This document shows positions 1 through 14,060 of a stretch of 64,000 nt of DNA, in pieces. Source of the DNA: the human T2T-CHM13v2.0 reference genome, Homo sapiens; the NCBI RefSeq assembly GCF_009914755.1, contig NC_060929.1. One strand, 5' to 3'. The notes below the pieces were generated by a model. That model was not told where the DNA came from and did no database searches. It saw only the letters and a program-made list of their open reading frames with translations. Made by a program: the position numbers and the translations under genes. How positions within the stretch are numbered: the stretch's first letter is position 1; every line of letters starts with the position of its first letter.

Positions 1-300
1 CAAGCATGGCACTATGTGTGAAGGGGCAGAAGTCATACATGATTGAATCATTTGACAGGGGACATTTGTTATATTTTTCACCTGTGTTTTTACTTTTTCT
101 ATGATTTTCGAAACACTCAAAACATTGAGAATAGATCTTTCTCACGTTGTGCACTCAGACTCACACACTAATCTCCTCTGGAAACACCCTCACAAGATAC
201 ACTGCTTCACCAGGTTCTAGGTATCCCTTAATCCAGTCAAGGGATTTTAAACTTTAGGAATTTCAATGTTTGAGATTATGTCTTTTGGGATTATGATTGG
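1..300. mobile_element. Ricksha-like DNA transposon remnant with an embedded MLT2-type LTR fragment (about 150-240)
   Basis: aatctcctctggaaacaccctcac...cccttaatccagtcaa (MLT2-like end) followed by gggatt-rich terminal motifs. Confidence 0.45.
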
Positions 301-853
301 TACCATTCATGAACTAATTTCCTTAACTATGAAATTAGAATAATTCTGTTAGACAATATGAAAATGTACAATGTGAATCTCTAAGGGAGAGACATCATAT
401 GCAAGGTTTTCTAAGTGTATTTGATCATAGAATTCTTTTGTGGTGGCCTATCCTCCTGACTCCTATTCCAGGACTCACACCTTGGAAAACGCTCTAACAC
501 AGTCACTTTTGCAACTTTATAGTTATAAAAACTTAATTTTTTCTACGTTAAAGTAGAATTTTCATAAGGGGTATATAAAGGCGTCAGTCTTGGAAGAAGG
601 CTTCTAACATCTTCTTTCATGAATGCCTCTACCCACTCCTAACTACCACCAATTGGCTTGAAGCATGAAAAGTGCATCTGCTTCTTAGATGAGACCTTCA
701 CCAAATTCTAACCATGGCAAGTGCTTAAAATCCTATCAAACTTCTCACAGGGCAAAAATAAAGGATCAGAAGTGAGGATTCTAGTTCTGGTTCCTGGCTC
801 CTCCAGCTCATTCTTGTAATGCCCTGGTGTTTCCTTTTCCTTTTTCTGATCAG

Positions 854-1097
854 GAGTCATGCTTTTCTCCCCATCATTCCAAACACCCAGAGAGGTCAGC
901 TAGAAGACAGACTGAACAACCAGGCGCGTACCATAGCTTTCCTTCTTGAACAAGCCTTCCGCATCAAGGAGGACATCTCTGCTTGCCTGCAGGGGACCCA
1001 TGGCTTTCGAAAAGAGGAATCGCTCGCCAGGAAGTTACTGGAAAGCCACATCCAGACCATCACCAGCATCGTCAAAAAACTCAGCCAAAATATTGAG
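854..1097 (+). CDS. FAM81B: FAM81B internal coding exon (244 nt; SHAFLPIIPNTQRGQLEDRL...KKLSQNIE); upstream exons lie outside the window
   Basis: Pyrimidine tract + CAG ending at 853, donor GAG|gtagtt at 1098. Open frame matches recalled FAM81B protein. Ends in phase 0. Confidence 0.93.
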
Positions 1098-1469
1098 GTA
1101 GTTCTCTTTTTGTTTTATTTTGTTTTTGTTTTGTATTTTGGCAGCATTGCTTGATAAAGATTATCAACCATCAGTGTCATTTTTCAAGTGCAGAAATATA
1201 TCACTATTGCTTAAGTTTAGATGATTACATTTTAGTGGTCTAAGAGGGAAACAGTTCAATTTTTCAGCTGTTCATTTATGCCAAAAAGTAGAAGGAACTT
1301 CTATTCAAAAAATATTTACTGTATATTTATTTTGTGACAACAAAGACATTATGTCAGACATTGTGCTAAGATGCTTATGTTAGCCTAAATCTCCAAGATT
1401 CTATTAATGCAATAACTTCAAATAGAGGTTTTCATAATGCACATCAGTAACGCTCCATTGTATAGCCAT

Positions 1470-1965
1470 TGCAATCTGATGCCAGCAATTTCTCTAGCCC
1501 CGTCTTCTACCCTTCTTTCCTTCACTCTGGCCACACTGGCCTCCCAGCTGTTCCTAGGACATTCCAAACACATTCTGGCCTTGGGGTCTTTGCACTCATA
1601 ATTCACTCTGGCTGGATCATCTTCCCCTAGATATTCCTATGCAACGTGCTTCATTCCTCCAGGTTTCTGTTCAAATATAGCCTCGTAACAGAGGATTTGC
1701 ATGACATTTTATAAAATAGCACCTCTACCCACATGGTTTCAATCTCCCTTAAAGCCTACTTTATTTTTTTTGTCACATAGCACTCATTGCAAACTACCAT
1801 GGTCTATATTTGATTCCTGTTTGTTTTCTCTTTCTAAGATATAATCTCTATAAAGTCAAAGAGTTTGTTTTCTTCATGCTAAATCCCATATCCCATACCA
1901 GACAACAGTGGTGTTGTAGTCAGCACTCTAAATATTCCTTAAATTGATGAATGAATAAATAAATT
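1470..1965 (+). mobile_element. L2 LINE 3' fragment
   Basis: ctggcctcc...gtctttgcact motifs, ending in a tgaatgaataaat tail. Confidence 0.7.
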
Positions 1966-3700
1966 AATTTTAAGGCATTAGAGTAAAAATAGAGTTTCTC
2001 ATCAAAAAAAGAAAATTCTTTGTCTAAATCAAGAGAAACATGCTTGTGTAAGAGGTCTTCGAGAGTTGCTAGGGTGCAGATGTACGTGATGAATCTGGGT
2101 TAACAATTTTCATGCAAGGGCTACAGATAGTGTACTTTAGGAAACTGGCCCAAAACTTGTGGAGTTATCATGAGAATTGACAACAATGCAGTCTCACGAT
2201 ACTTGTCCTTTTCTACTATCAAAGAGAATACTGGATTTTATTAAAATTATGGGATTGAACCAGCAATTACTCCTTTGTGAATTTGTTCTTAAGGGCAAGG
2301 ATATTGATTAATTCATTTTCCATCTGCAGGGTTTAACAGACCCCATAATGTACCTGAGGCAGTGTGAAAAGTTAAAACTCTCAGTGAACTTTTAAAAAGC
2401 ACTTTATTGGTATTTAGCACATTTTGAATTGACCTCAGTGCTTCAAAGGTCAATGCCACTCTCAAAGTGATTAAAGGTATTTCCATGCATAATGAAGTAT
2501 CATGAAAGTGACAAGAGGCAAGCAGCCCTGTGCCTTTTGAAATGACTAGAAAATCAAGTAAGTACAGCATAGTGCTAAAATAAGATTCCAATTTATGAGT
2601 CAAAACTTCTTGGTAATTGAAAAAGCCAACAACATTCTTAGAAACATTGAACTGTTTCTAAGAATATTCTATATTTTGATCTGGATTGTTATATGGTTGA
2701 TTACATTACATTGAGTCAAGATCCGCCCAGATGTACACTTTGACTTGTGCGTTCAATACATATTATACCCCAGTAAAATACTATTAGCAATAAGGAGAAA
2801 GTCTTTCTTTCAAATCTCTAGAAATCTTGTAAACAGTTTATTTTTCTGTAATAATTGACTATCTTAGATTAGCTCTCTAAAAAAAGACAAATCCAAAACA
2901 TTTTCCAAAAGACAAAGACAAAAATCTCAAAATACCTACAATCCTATTAAGGGTTTGGCATATATAGGAAAATGAAAAGGACTGGATTGAGTTTGTGGAA
3001 AATTGAACTAGAAAATATTTTAAAGGCTGTAGATAACATAGTTAAAACATTATGAAGAAGAAACTATTCAGCTACCTTTAGTAAATAACTATATGCACTT
3101 TATAGAGAAATGGATGCTATTCAAGTATTTTAAAAGAACCTAACCTCATTAACCAGGTCAGCCCATTTGCAAGTTGGCTATCAAGATCAATTCAAGTGTG
3201 AGCTAAAGCTTGACACAGGTCCATAAATGAAATGAAAAAAAAATTTTTTTAATCTACCACAATTGCATCAAAGTGCTTGTTTCTTTTTAAAAATCAAATG
3301 ATTCCTTTTTTTAAGAAGGCAGTTGATTACAAGTTTTAGAATTAATTTATTTTTAACTCAAAGAAAATTTTATATATAGCATTGTTTTACTGTGGGTTTT
3401 CCCCTCAACTTACAAAAGCAATACTTGTTCATCATAATTATTTTGAAAGTTTAGGAAAAAAATGTTTAAACTTGGGGAAAAAATATCTCACAATTCAACC
3501 ACCAAATGGTGATCTCTACAAATACCCAGATGAATCTCCCTTTAGTCCTTCCAAGTATTCCATTTAGGAGGCTGAGACTATGTTTGTAAGCATGATTTTT
3601 ATTCTAACATTCATCCTAAACTCTATCATGTCTCATTAAAATCTCTTTGCATGGTGCATACACCATGATTTGCTTAATTATTGTCCTAATGTCGAAATAT

Positions 3701-4006
<306 letters not shown>

Positions 4007-4282
4007 TTATTTCCATAGTATCTATTCTTAGAAGTGGAATTACTAAGGTATGAATACTGTGAAAGCTCTTGATACATGTTGCCAAATTGTTTTCCGGAAA
4101 GTTTATACTAATTTACACTTCCATTAGCATTATTTGAGTGCTTTTTTTCCACTTTACCTATGCCAGAATTGAAATTTATCACTTTAATTTTTGCTAACTT
4201 CATGGAACAGAAATAAGATTTTTTTTCTTAGTGAAAGTGTTGAATCCACTTTTTTAAAGTGACTATTTAAAGTAACAATTTT

Positions 4283-4403
4283 GGCTGAGTGCCTGTGGCT
4301 CACAACTGTGATCCCAGTGGTTTAGGGGGCTGACTTGGGAGGATTGCTTGAGGCCAAGAGTTTGAGACAGTGAGACTCTGTCTCTACAACAACAACAACA
4401 AAA
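4283..4403 (+). mobile_element. FLAM / Alu monomer
   Basis: ggctgagt...ggaggattgcttgaggccaagagtttgagac with a (CAA)n tail. Confidence 0.8.
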
Positions 4404-4539
4404 TTAATAATAATAAAGTGACAGCTTCATTTCTTCTTCTAATGATTTATGTCTTTTGTTAATTTATCTTTTGAGTTTTAGTACTTTTAAATTTTGTTGA
4501 TTTGACGAGCTCTTTTATTTTACATATTAGAAATAATAA

Positions 4540-4750
4540 CTGGTAATATGGTAGTAAGTGTTTAACAATCAGCAATCAGTTCTTTTCTAGGGGAAAAGAG
4601 AGCCTGGTTTGTAGTATCTTCCTATTTCTATGGTGTAAATACTCCTATGATTTCAAACAACCAGCAAGATGACACTGTACACAAAGATGAGAAGAGATGT
4701 ATACAATCCACTTTCACATACGGCTCCAGGCTGCTTGCAGTACATCACTG
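4540..4750 (-). mobile_element. MER63-like hAT DNA transposon
   Basis: aagagatgtatacaatc...cggctccag...catcactg terminus. Confidence 0.55.
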
Positions 4751-4888
4751 AAACCCTTGGCAATAGTATATGTTACAAATGTTTTTTCAGTTTGCTTTTT
4801 CTATCTTAATTGTATTTACAGTGTCTTTACAAGTTTTACACAAAGGTAAATATTCAAGTATTTTGCTTTGTAATTTCTCTCATTATTG

Positions 4889-5634
4889 CAGTCCTCCCAC
4901 CTTCATCTGTGGTTTCACTTTCTGTGATTTCAAAAGTTTACAGAAATATTAAATGGAAGATCCCAGAACCAAGTAATTCATAAGTGTTCAATCGTGTGCT
5001 GTTCTGAGTAGCGGGATGAAATTTTGCACATCCTGTTTCATCCCACCCATGGTGTGAATCATCCCTTTGTCCAGCACATTCACACTGTCAATACTCTCTG
5101 CCCATTAGTCACTCAGTAGCCTGTTGGTTACCAGATCAACTGTTCAGATGAGGTATCACAGTGCTCATGTTCAGGTAACCCTTATTTTACTTAATAATTC
5201 CCCAAAGCACAAAAGTAGTGATGCTGGCAATTCCACTATGGCAAGGAGAAGCCGTAAAGAGCTTTCTTCAGGGAAAAGGTTGAAGTTCTTGACTTAATAA
5301 GGAAAAAAAAAATTGTATGCTGAGTTTGCTAAAATCTATGGTAAGAACAAATCTTCTATCCATGAAATTGTGACAAAGGAAAAATAAATTCATGCTAGTT
5401 TTGCTGTCGCACTTCAAGCTACAAGAGTTACAGCCACAGTGTGTACGATATTATAGTACATTGTTATAATAGTTCTATTTTTAGATATTGTTAATCTCTT
5501 ACTGATAAATAACTTTATCATAGGTATGTATGTATAGGGAGAAACAATATATATAGGGTTCAGTACTATATGAGGTTTTGGGCATCCACTGGGGGTCTTA
5601 GAACGTATCCCCCTTGGATAAGAGGAGACTACTG
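4889..5634 (+). mobile_element. MER44/Tigger7-type DNA transposon
   Basis: TIR-like ends cagtcctccc... and ...ggataagaggagactactg followed by TA. Internal ggtgtgaatcatccctttgtccagc. Confidence 0.8.
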
Positions 5635-7190
5635 TACTTCTAAGACTAGAAAGTTCCTCATTCAAAGACAAAATAATCTCCTCAATTATCTGTGACTTTT
5701 ATGGCTTAATTTAAAAAATATTTTAGATCTATTTTTTTCTGAAATCTATAATGATATATGACATGAGGTAAGGATCTAAATTAATTATTTTCTGAGTAAT
5801 TAGAGCCCCCAGCCCACTTGTGAAATTACTCCCCCATTGATTTATGAATTGCATATAGAGTATATTCCTTTCCTACACTTACCAAGGTCTTCATGACATT
5901 ACAGGTAGCTATATACCTTTACTACACTGATTTACTTATCCTTATTTTAGAAAATATTTTAGCATATAGTAGAGTAAGTTTCCTTTCATCACTGTCTTTA
6001 CCAAAACAGAAAACAAAATACCTGCATACATGCAAAAAGATAAAACCAAACTCTAGTTAGTGTTTTTGACACTTTTACATCTTCAATTAAGGCTTCATTT
6101 GCCCTTGGGTTGTCTCAATCCCAGTTAAAAAATGAGCAAGAGTCTGTCTGTGGTCTTTGAAATTCTTGTAATTTATTTGCTATAAAAATTCTTCCTTTCC
6201 TAGTAAAATTCATAACCATAGTTTAAACATAATTTAGGACTTTGTCAAATATAATACTTAAACTGGAATGTCTCCCCAAGTAACAGATTTGTGTTTTTCA
6301 AAGGCCTACACAGAACTCTCACTTTTTTTCTTAGTAAATACCAATTTCTTATATGTCTTCACTCTACATTGGAATTTATTTGAATGTCAAGTATAATACA
6401 ATTTTTTTCTATGGACAAGCAGAATTTTTTTAAATTTTTTAAATCAATACTTATAAATGGGTACAAAAAGTTAAAAACCATGGTTCTTGGGACCACTAGC
6501 CTGGTGGTACAAGAAAGTCAGTTCTATTTCCAGAACACCAAAACACAATAAAGATGTGACTAACAACACTCATGGACAAAATCTGGACACAAATGAGCCA
6601 GAAATCTCTCATATTCTCTAAAAAATCTAGATAAACTCTTTTTCATTGTGTATGAATCAGGTTGATTCAGACTTGCTTGCGCTGTGTTAACTTCATTGTG
6701 GTTCTGGTTCAATCCATAAAAAATCTTGCCTGATGCAATATTGAAAAAAATCCTTTTCCAAACTTATGGCACCAATTGTGAAATACATTTTTGTGAAAAG
6801 CTTTTATGTCAGTGATGGCCAACGGCAACCCATGACCATATCAACACAATGCATGTTCTGTTTGGTCCATATATGGTTTACAAAAGATCTTGAATAATAT
6901 GCCAATATTGTTAATTTGAGCAATTTCATATAAAATCTGGATTTCTAGCTTCCTTTAAAACACTATTGAGACATCTTCCCCACCTGGCAATAATCACCTA
7001 GAATCAAACCACTGCTGCTTCCCTCAGATAAATTAGCAGAGATCACTTCTCTCTGAGATAGGACTCTCTCACTCATGCACACCATCAGCCTAATTACAAA
7101 ATGCATTCATTTAGGTAACCCCTGCTTTAAATGATGTTTCCTTATCATGTGTGATGGGAAATTAATGGGAAATTTGACTCAAAATTACAG

Positions 7191-7309
7191 ATTTTAGAAG
7201 ACCAAATAAGAGCTCGAGATCAGGCGGCCACAGGAACTAACTTTGCAGTACACGAGATAAACATCAAACACCTACAAGGAGTTGGAGATCTTCGAGGAAG
7301 AGTAGCCAG
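7191..7309 (+). CDS. FAM81B: FAM81B coding exon (119 nt; ILEDQIRARDQAATGTNFAVHEINIKHLQGVGDLRGRVAR)
   Basis: ttacag| acceptor, AG|gtgaga donor. Phase 0 to 2, in frame with both neighbours. Confidence 0.93.
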
Positions 7310-7934
7310 GTGAGAAGAAGCATGTTGACTAATGTTTAACAGTGAATTCTTGGCCAGTGAATTCGCATTCCTAAACAAGCTCCATGCTGTGGAAAAAAGA
7401 TATTGTCTACACATTAAGCTAAACTAATGAGATGGCATTTGAGAAAGTGTACCATAGAACTTTCAATGCCTCACGCTAGCGGTGAGATTCAAAGTTTCTG
7501 TAAAGACCCCTTACACAGTTTGATTCCAATGGAAGCGACCAAAGTTCTGTCTTTGCAGCCTCAACCGTCCAAATGCCAACATCCATACATAGACGCACCT
7601 TCATAACCATGTACGAAATCCCCATATGTGTCAAATGCGAATGAGTAAAACATTTAAAATATACAAGAATTATAATAGTCTAATGGGATTTACTGCCAAA
7701 TGGATAAAGTTTTGAATAACATCTTTTGTACAAGATTTCTAAATCAAAAGAATTGATGGTATGCAGTTCAGCAAATATGTGTAGGTATTGAGAATGGCAG
7801 GACCACTCTGGCAGACACATCAAAGATGACTTGTGAATGGCTGACTGTGGACACCTTTCCATCTCTACATCTTCTGCCAGTACCTCATTCCTCTCTCCTG
7901 AAATACTCCCATCTCCATCTGGTTAATCCTCTCG

Positions 7935-7978
7935 GAATTAGATAATTACTACCTAAGAATTAGATAATTACTACCTAA
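7935..7978. repeat. Perfect 22-bp tandem duplication
   Basis: GAATTAGATAATTACTACCTAA x2. Confidence 0.9.
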
Positions 7979-8004
7979 GACAAAGCTCTCTTAGGGTATT
8001 TACC

Positions 8005-8990
8005 CATTTAATTCAACAAAAATGTATTAAGCACTCATCTTATGCCAGGCCGTGTAATGTTAGAATTCAGCAACATGGTCTCCTTTCTATAGCTGTTTAC
8101 AGTCTACCAGGAAAAACAAGCTGTATCAATAACCAATACAGTGAATGCTGTACTAAAAGTCTGGGATGCTATGGAAATGTCCAAATCAGACCCACACAGA
8201 AGAGAGGCTTCCCAGGGGAAGTGACACTTGAGCTGAGTTTTGAAGGATTTATAACAGTTAACTAGACAAGGAAAAGTGAGAAAGACAATTTACCTGGAAG
8301 AATAATATGTGCAAAAGAACTGAGGGAAGGATCACTGTGACATGTTCATGGGCCTACCTGGGAGAATGGCATTTTGGTTATGGTATTTTGGAGAAGGCAT
8401 TTTGAGAAAGTTGGGACAGGAAGCCAGAGAAGCAGTCCAGACCTGGAGGATGAGGGGTCTTGTAGGCTAAGGTAAAGAGTTCGAACTTTATGTAGAAGGT
8501 TATAAATGACCACGGGGGGATTTTAAGTAAGGGGGTGGCATATCATATTTTGTGACATTCTAGTTGCAGTGAATTGGTAGAATACAAAAAAAAGGTTGTG
8601 GAGATCAGAGGAAGGCTATTGTACCAATCCAGGTGAGAAGTGGCAGGGCCTAAACCAAGGCACTAGCCATGAAAGCCCAGAGTAGGGGACAGACAACACA
8701 GACATTAGAGAAATAGAATCTACAGGATTACTGCATGAATAAACATGGAGGATGAATTAAGCAGGGGGAGGTCAAGGATAGTGACCAAAGTTTCTGGGCT
8801 TGGAGACTGGTTGAATACTCATGTCATGCCACAGAGAAGAAAATATGAAACAAGGAGCAATTATAACAAGGAAGTGGAAAGAGAAACAGAGTAATAAAAT
8901 GTTTGGCTTCCACCATGTTGTGTATGAGACGCCATCAGAATATTAGCTGGAATGGGCATGGAGCTCAAAAGGGGAGGAAGGGAGGAGGTG
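8005..8990 (-). mobile_element. L2 LINE fragment
   Basis: cattt...caacaaa...tattaagcact...tgccaggc start and a purine-rich body. Confidence 0.7.
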
Positions 8991-9300
8991 TCAGGGATGC
9001 CCAAGTTTCTGGTTGGCCCACAACATAAATGACTTTGTGGCTTTGGGAAAGACTTGAAAGACTTTGTAGTTCTGGAGTGTGACTTCATTTCTGTTAAAAA
9101 TAAAAGATGCCGTCTTGGAAATAATACATATGGTTGAAAAACACTCATCCAAGGAAAAAATAACTGTCAGCCAGTCCAGAGAATAAACAGGTGAATTTAT
9201 ATTATATATTAATATATAAATAAATAATATATAGAAATATTTATTTCATTAATATTTTATCAATACCAAAGAAGTTTTATAACATTTGGGTAAGTTATGA

Positions 9301-9560
<260 letters not shown>

Positions 9561-10258
9561 CAAACATGTTTTAAATGAAATATAATTTGGTTCAATTTGG
9601 TGGTATGCTGATGACACTCCTACCAACTATTTCTTTCTGCAAACCACTTACAAACCAATTATTTTATTTTTGTAAACCCTGTTTTATTTACAAGACAAAA
9701 TAGCAAATGGATCTCAAAGAAACTAAGAGATCAATGAAATTACATCAAGATACGCAATTCTTTTTGCTCTGCTTGCGTTTTGCTTACCTTCCCCTTCAAT
9801 CAAAAGCAGTGATTTTAGGACAAGGTCTTATTTTTCCTTGAAATGTCTCCCTTTTATGGAAAATTTCTGAAATCTATTTGGCAATCTGAGACAGAATTTG
9901 GCTAACGGCCATGAGACTTAAATTCACCCTCCCTCTCCTGTTTCTTTTCTGTGCCTTTGCCAGGCAAATGACTAATGTACAAGCTAAGGCAGATTGATTA
10001 CTGTCTTTCCACATAGAGGGACCTCTATTCCAATGAGCATTTTGGCATAAGTAAAATTGATTGTTTTAACATAATTACTAGCAAACATTTTACTGCTCCA
10101 TAAATCAGTCTCAATATTTAATAACTACAATGAGATTTGAATTTTACACTTTATTTCCCATGGCAATACATTGCAGTTTAAAAGTAAGTCCTCCCAATGA
10201 GATGAGGCTCCCAAAGTTGCCAGCCTGCTTTTGATACCCTGTCCTTTATTTAATAGAC

Positions 10259-10887
10259 TAGGGGCTTGCGTGGGTCATCAGAGAGAGAGGTCACGTCCCC
10301 TTAGAGATTCAGGTGAAGTGCAAAAAAGGAAAAGGCGAGCATGGGAAGGGCACCCCTAGGGATGGATATGACTTACAATCCGTAGCCGCAGTCAGAGGCG
10401 AACTCTCTAGCCCCATTTGGCTCTTTAGGACTCCAGAACAAACCTGCATGTGGGTAAAAAAAAAAAAAAAAAAAAAGATAAATTTTGTTGATTTGTGATT
10501 AAAAGCAAAATCATGTTCTTTAAAGAAACATAATAATGTGGATATTATGACAGGCCTGGTCAGAGAGGGCAGAATAAAAACCTCTTATTCCACTCCTCTT
10601 ACTTGAGACAACTCAATGCCAGTGAAAAATAAAAGAAGGAAAACAAAAAACTCCATCTTTAATATAATATGGAAGTTGCTGTAACCACTGACCACAAACA
10701 GAGCACACTTACCAAATATTGTGACATTTGGACTGATACAGTCCTTCTCAGATTTAAACATAATGATTTTCCACTAGTCAACAGTCATAATTTTGAGAGA
10801 CATTGGCAAAATGGAATCAAGCAGCATTACTTAGAGGCTCGGGTGGGTCATCGGAGAAAGACAACATGTCCCCTTAGAGATTCAGGT
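10259..10887. repeat. Two copies of a 56-bp element (10259-10314 and 10832-10887)
   Basis: 47/56 ungapped identity with a perfect 20-mer GTCCCCTTAGAGATTCAGGT. Confidence 0.85.
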
Positions 10888-11176
10888 CAGCAACACCAAA
10901 CAGCCGGGAGGTATAGCCAAGGATGCAACCGTGTTCTTTATCATTTCTATCATCTAGGACCTCCCTCCTTGCCCGCTTATACCTGAGAGAAACTGGCTGA
11001 AGTGCGACAGGCTGAGGAAGGAGAGAGATTTGATACTGCAAGCCTGAATAGAGGATGCTATCTACCAGCCACCAAACACACTCACTGATCCTCTGCAGGT
11101 AGCAGAAACATTCAAAGACATAATAGTTATTGTTAGAATGCAGTCATGCATATGAATCACTTCCACTATCATCCCC

Positions 11177-11230
11177 AGATAGACAGAAGACAGACAGATA
11201 GATGATAGACAGACAGACAGATAATAGATA
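11177..11230. repeat. (GATA/GACA)n simple repeat
   Basis: Visible directly. Confidence 0.8.
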
Positions 11231-11389
11231 CATAAAACATAAGCAAAAGACTAGTGAATACACTTCATGAAGGAACTGCCCAGAAAAGTATAGGAAGAGT
11301 TCAAGCCAAAAGTTCTCCCGGTTTCAACGAAATTAAGAACAAAAGACAAAGAATTTAAAAAAAAAAAAAAAAAGGATTACTTGTGAACA

Positions 11390-12980
11390 GTCACATGTAA
11401 TTTGGCCCTTCCAAAAGCCCCATTGAATCTACAGTAAAAAGATTTTCTCTTTAAAATATAAACCCATAAGGACCAGGGATACCAGCATAGAAGTCTTGGA
11501 ACCTAGAAAGCAGATGGAAACATGAAAACTGCCTTAGCAGAATGAAAGCCAATTTTCAAGTTGTAGGATAAGCTGAGAACAACCTAACTTTATGCAACAG
11601 AATTTTCAAAAGGCTTCAGGCCCTTGCCACTAGGGAGAGGAACTGAGAGAGGCAGTGAGAGGAAGGGTCAGAAACCACTGTAGTTTATTATTAGCTTATT
11701 AACTTTCAAATTACAGGCATCTTTTACTTTGATAAAATAAATAATAATTTTAAAAGTAAGGTATAAAAACATTTCCCTCCAAAAGAGACTATCAGATAAC
11801 AAAAGGAGATAGATAGACTGGAATTGCTCGGGATAGATGAAAGAAAAAGTCAAGATACTATGAAGATTAATCTACTTTAGAAGCTCTTAAAATAGAACAA
11901 ATGCAACCAAAAATAATGAGTTATAAAAAGTAAAAACATGAGTAAACCACACCAAATGAAAAGAGATAGTTACTTTTCAATATAAAAATGATTGTAGAAA
12001 AATTGTCATATGACAGGCAAGGAAAACTCATCCAATATAGAACTAATAGAAGGCCCTGAAGAAGAAACAGAACGAATTCTTCAAAAAAAAAAAAATCATG
12101 CCTATAAGAGAAGAAAGTGTTCTTGAAATACAGATGTGAATCTATAGATTAAAAGGAAAAACTGTGACCATGGAAAAAATGATATAAGAACAATGAAACC
12201 AAGATATCCTGGTTGAAGTTGCTGAACAATAAGGATAAAGACTGCAACGAGCATCCAGGTAGACAAAGCAAGTCTCATAAAAAAGGAAAGAAATGTCATC
12301 ACCTCAGACTTCTCCACCTCAACCAATGCTAGAAAAGAATGGATTGATGTTTATCATGTTCTGAAAGAAAGAAAAAAAATGTTATCTCAACTAAGTTACC
12401 TTTCAATCACAAGAGAAGTCAGGTATTCTCAAGCACTCAAGAACTTGAGAATTCTAGTACTCCTGAGCCCTGCTTTTAAAATCTGGATGACAAAATCTGG
12501 CCAACCATGGAATAAATCAAAATAAGGATCTTAGAAAAGAAATCATGGTTTGAAAGGATTATCAATGAACATCTAATCTACATATAAAGTGAACATTAAA
12601 TAACCATAGACATTCTAGTGACAGAACACAGTGCAAATGTCATAAAATTTAACATTTTAAAATTAGCAAATTTTTTTTTAAATGTTGAAGGCACAAGTAT
12701 ATAAACTTATTTATTTTCTTATTTTTTGGCATATGGTCAACAGATAATATCTAAAGTTGGTATTGAGATGGTAGCTGTGACAAGTATAACAATTCCAATC
12801 TATGATAGCTTTTTATAGATTCTTTTTTTTAGAAATCTCTCTCATAGTGAAGAAATACATATCTGAAACTCAACAATTTCTTCATTTCTCACTACATTTA
12901 TCTTTTCTTAGGTTAAAGTAAAATTAAATGTAATATTTTAAAGTTGATGCATATAATATAATCCCAGTATTCTAAATTAT
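11390..12980 (+). mobile_element. Ancient L1M/HAL1 ORF1-region fragment
   Basis: A-rich, with the ORF1-like motif cctcagacttctcc...aatgctagaa. Confidence 0.55.
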
Positions 12981-12996
12981 GTTTTCTTCCTATCTC

Positions 12997-13001
<5 letters not shown>

Positions 13002-13031
<30 letters not shown>
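13002..13031. repeat. (TA)n microsatellite
   Basis: Visible directly. Confidence 0.95.
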
Positions 13032-13040
<9 letters not shown>

Positions 13041-13379
13041 TATTTTAAGTATATATGTATAATGATGAACAGAATGATAACCAAATATTAATAATGTTAC
13101 TTTTTAAAAGGGATTTGGAAAGAGCTTAACTTTCCTCTTTGTTCTTTGAGGCATGATATGAAATTTTTTCTAATGGTGATGTACTATTTTAACAGAAACA
13201 ATAAAATCATTCTAAAGGAGGAGGAGGCAGAGGAACTCCTTTTGGAATGTAGAGTGCAGCTTTGAAAAGCCATGAATCAATCCTTGACTTCAACATGTGG
13301 GATTAGGCTAGTGGGTGGTGGTTAGGGGAGGTGAAAATGAATAGGCGGCAACTCTCAAGTTGAGTAAATAAATCATATC

Positions 13380-14060
<681 letters not shown>

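Noticed and set aside
819-1154. 111-aa ORF with hydrophobic ends resembling a small membrane protein
   Set aside because: It is a FAM81B exon read into T-rich intron flanks. Splice sites at 853/854 and 1097/1098 explain it.
7138-7146. TTCCTTATC resembling a U12 branch site upstream of the weak acceptor
   Set aside because: The matching donor at 1098 is GTAGTT, not the U12 consensus GTATCCTT, and the motif has a mismatch.
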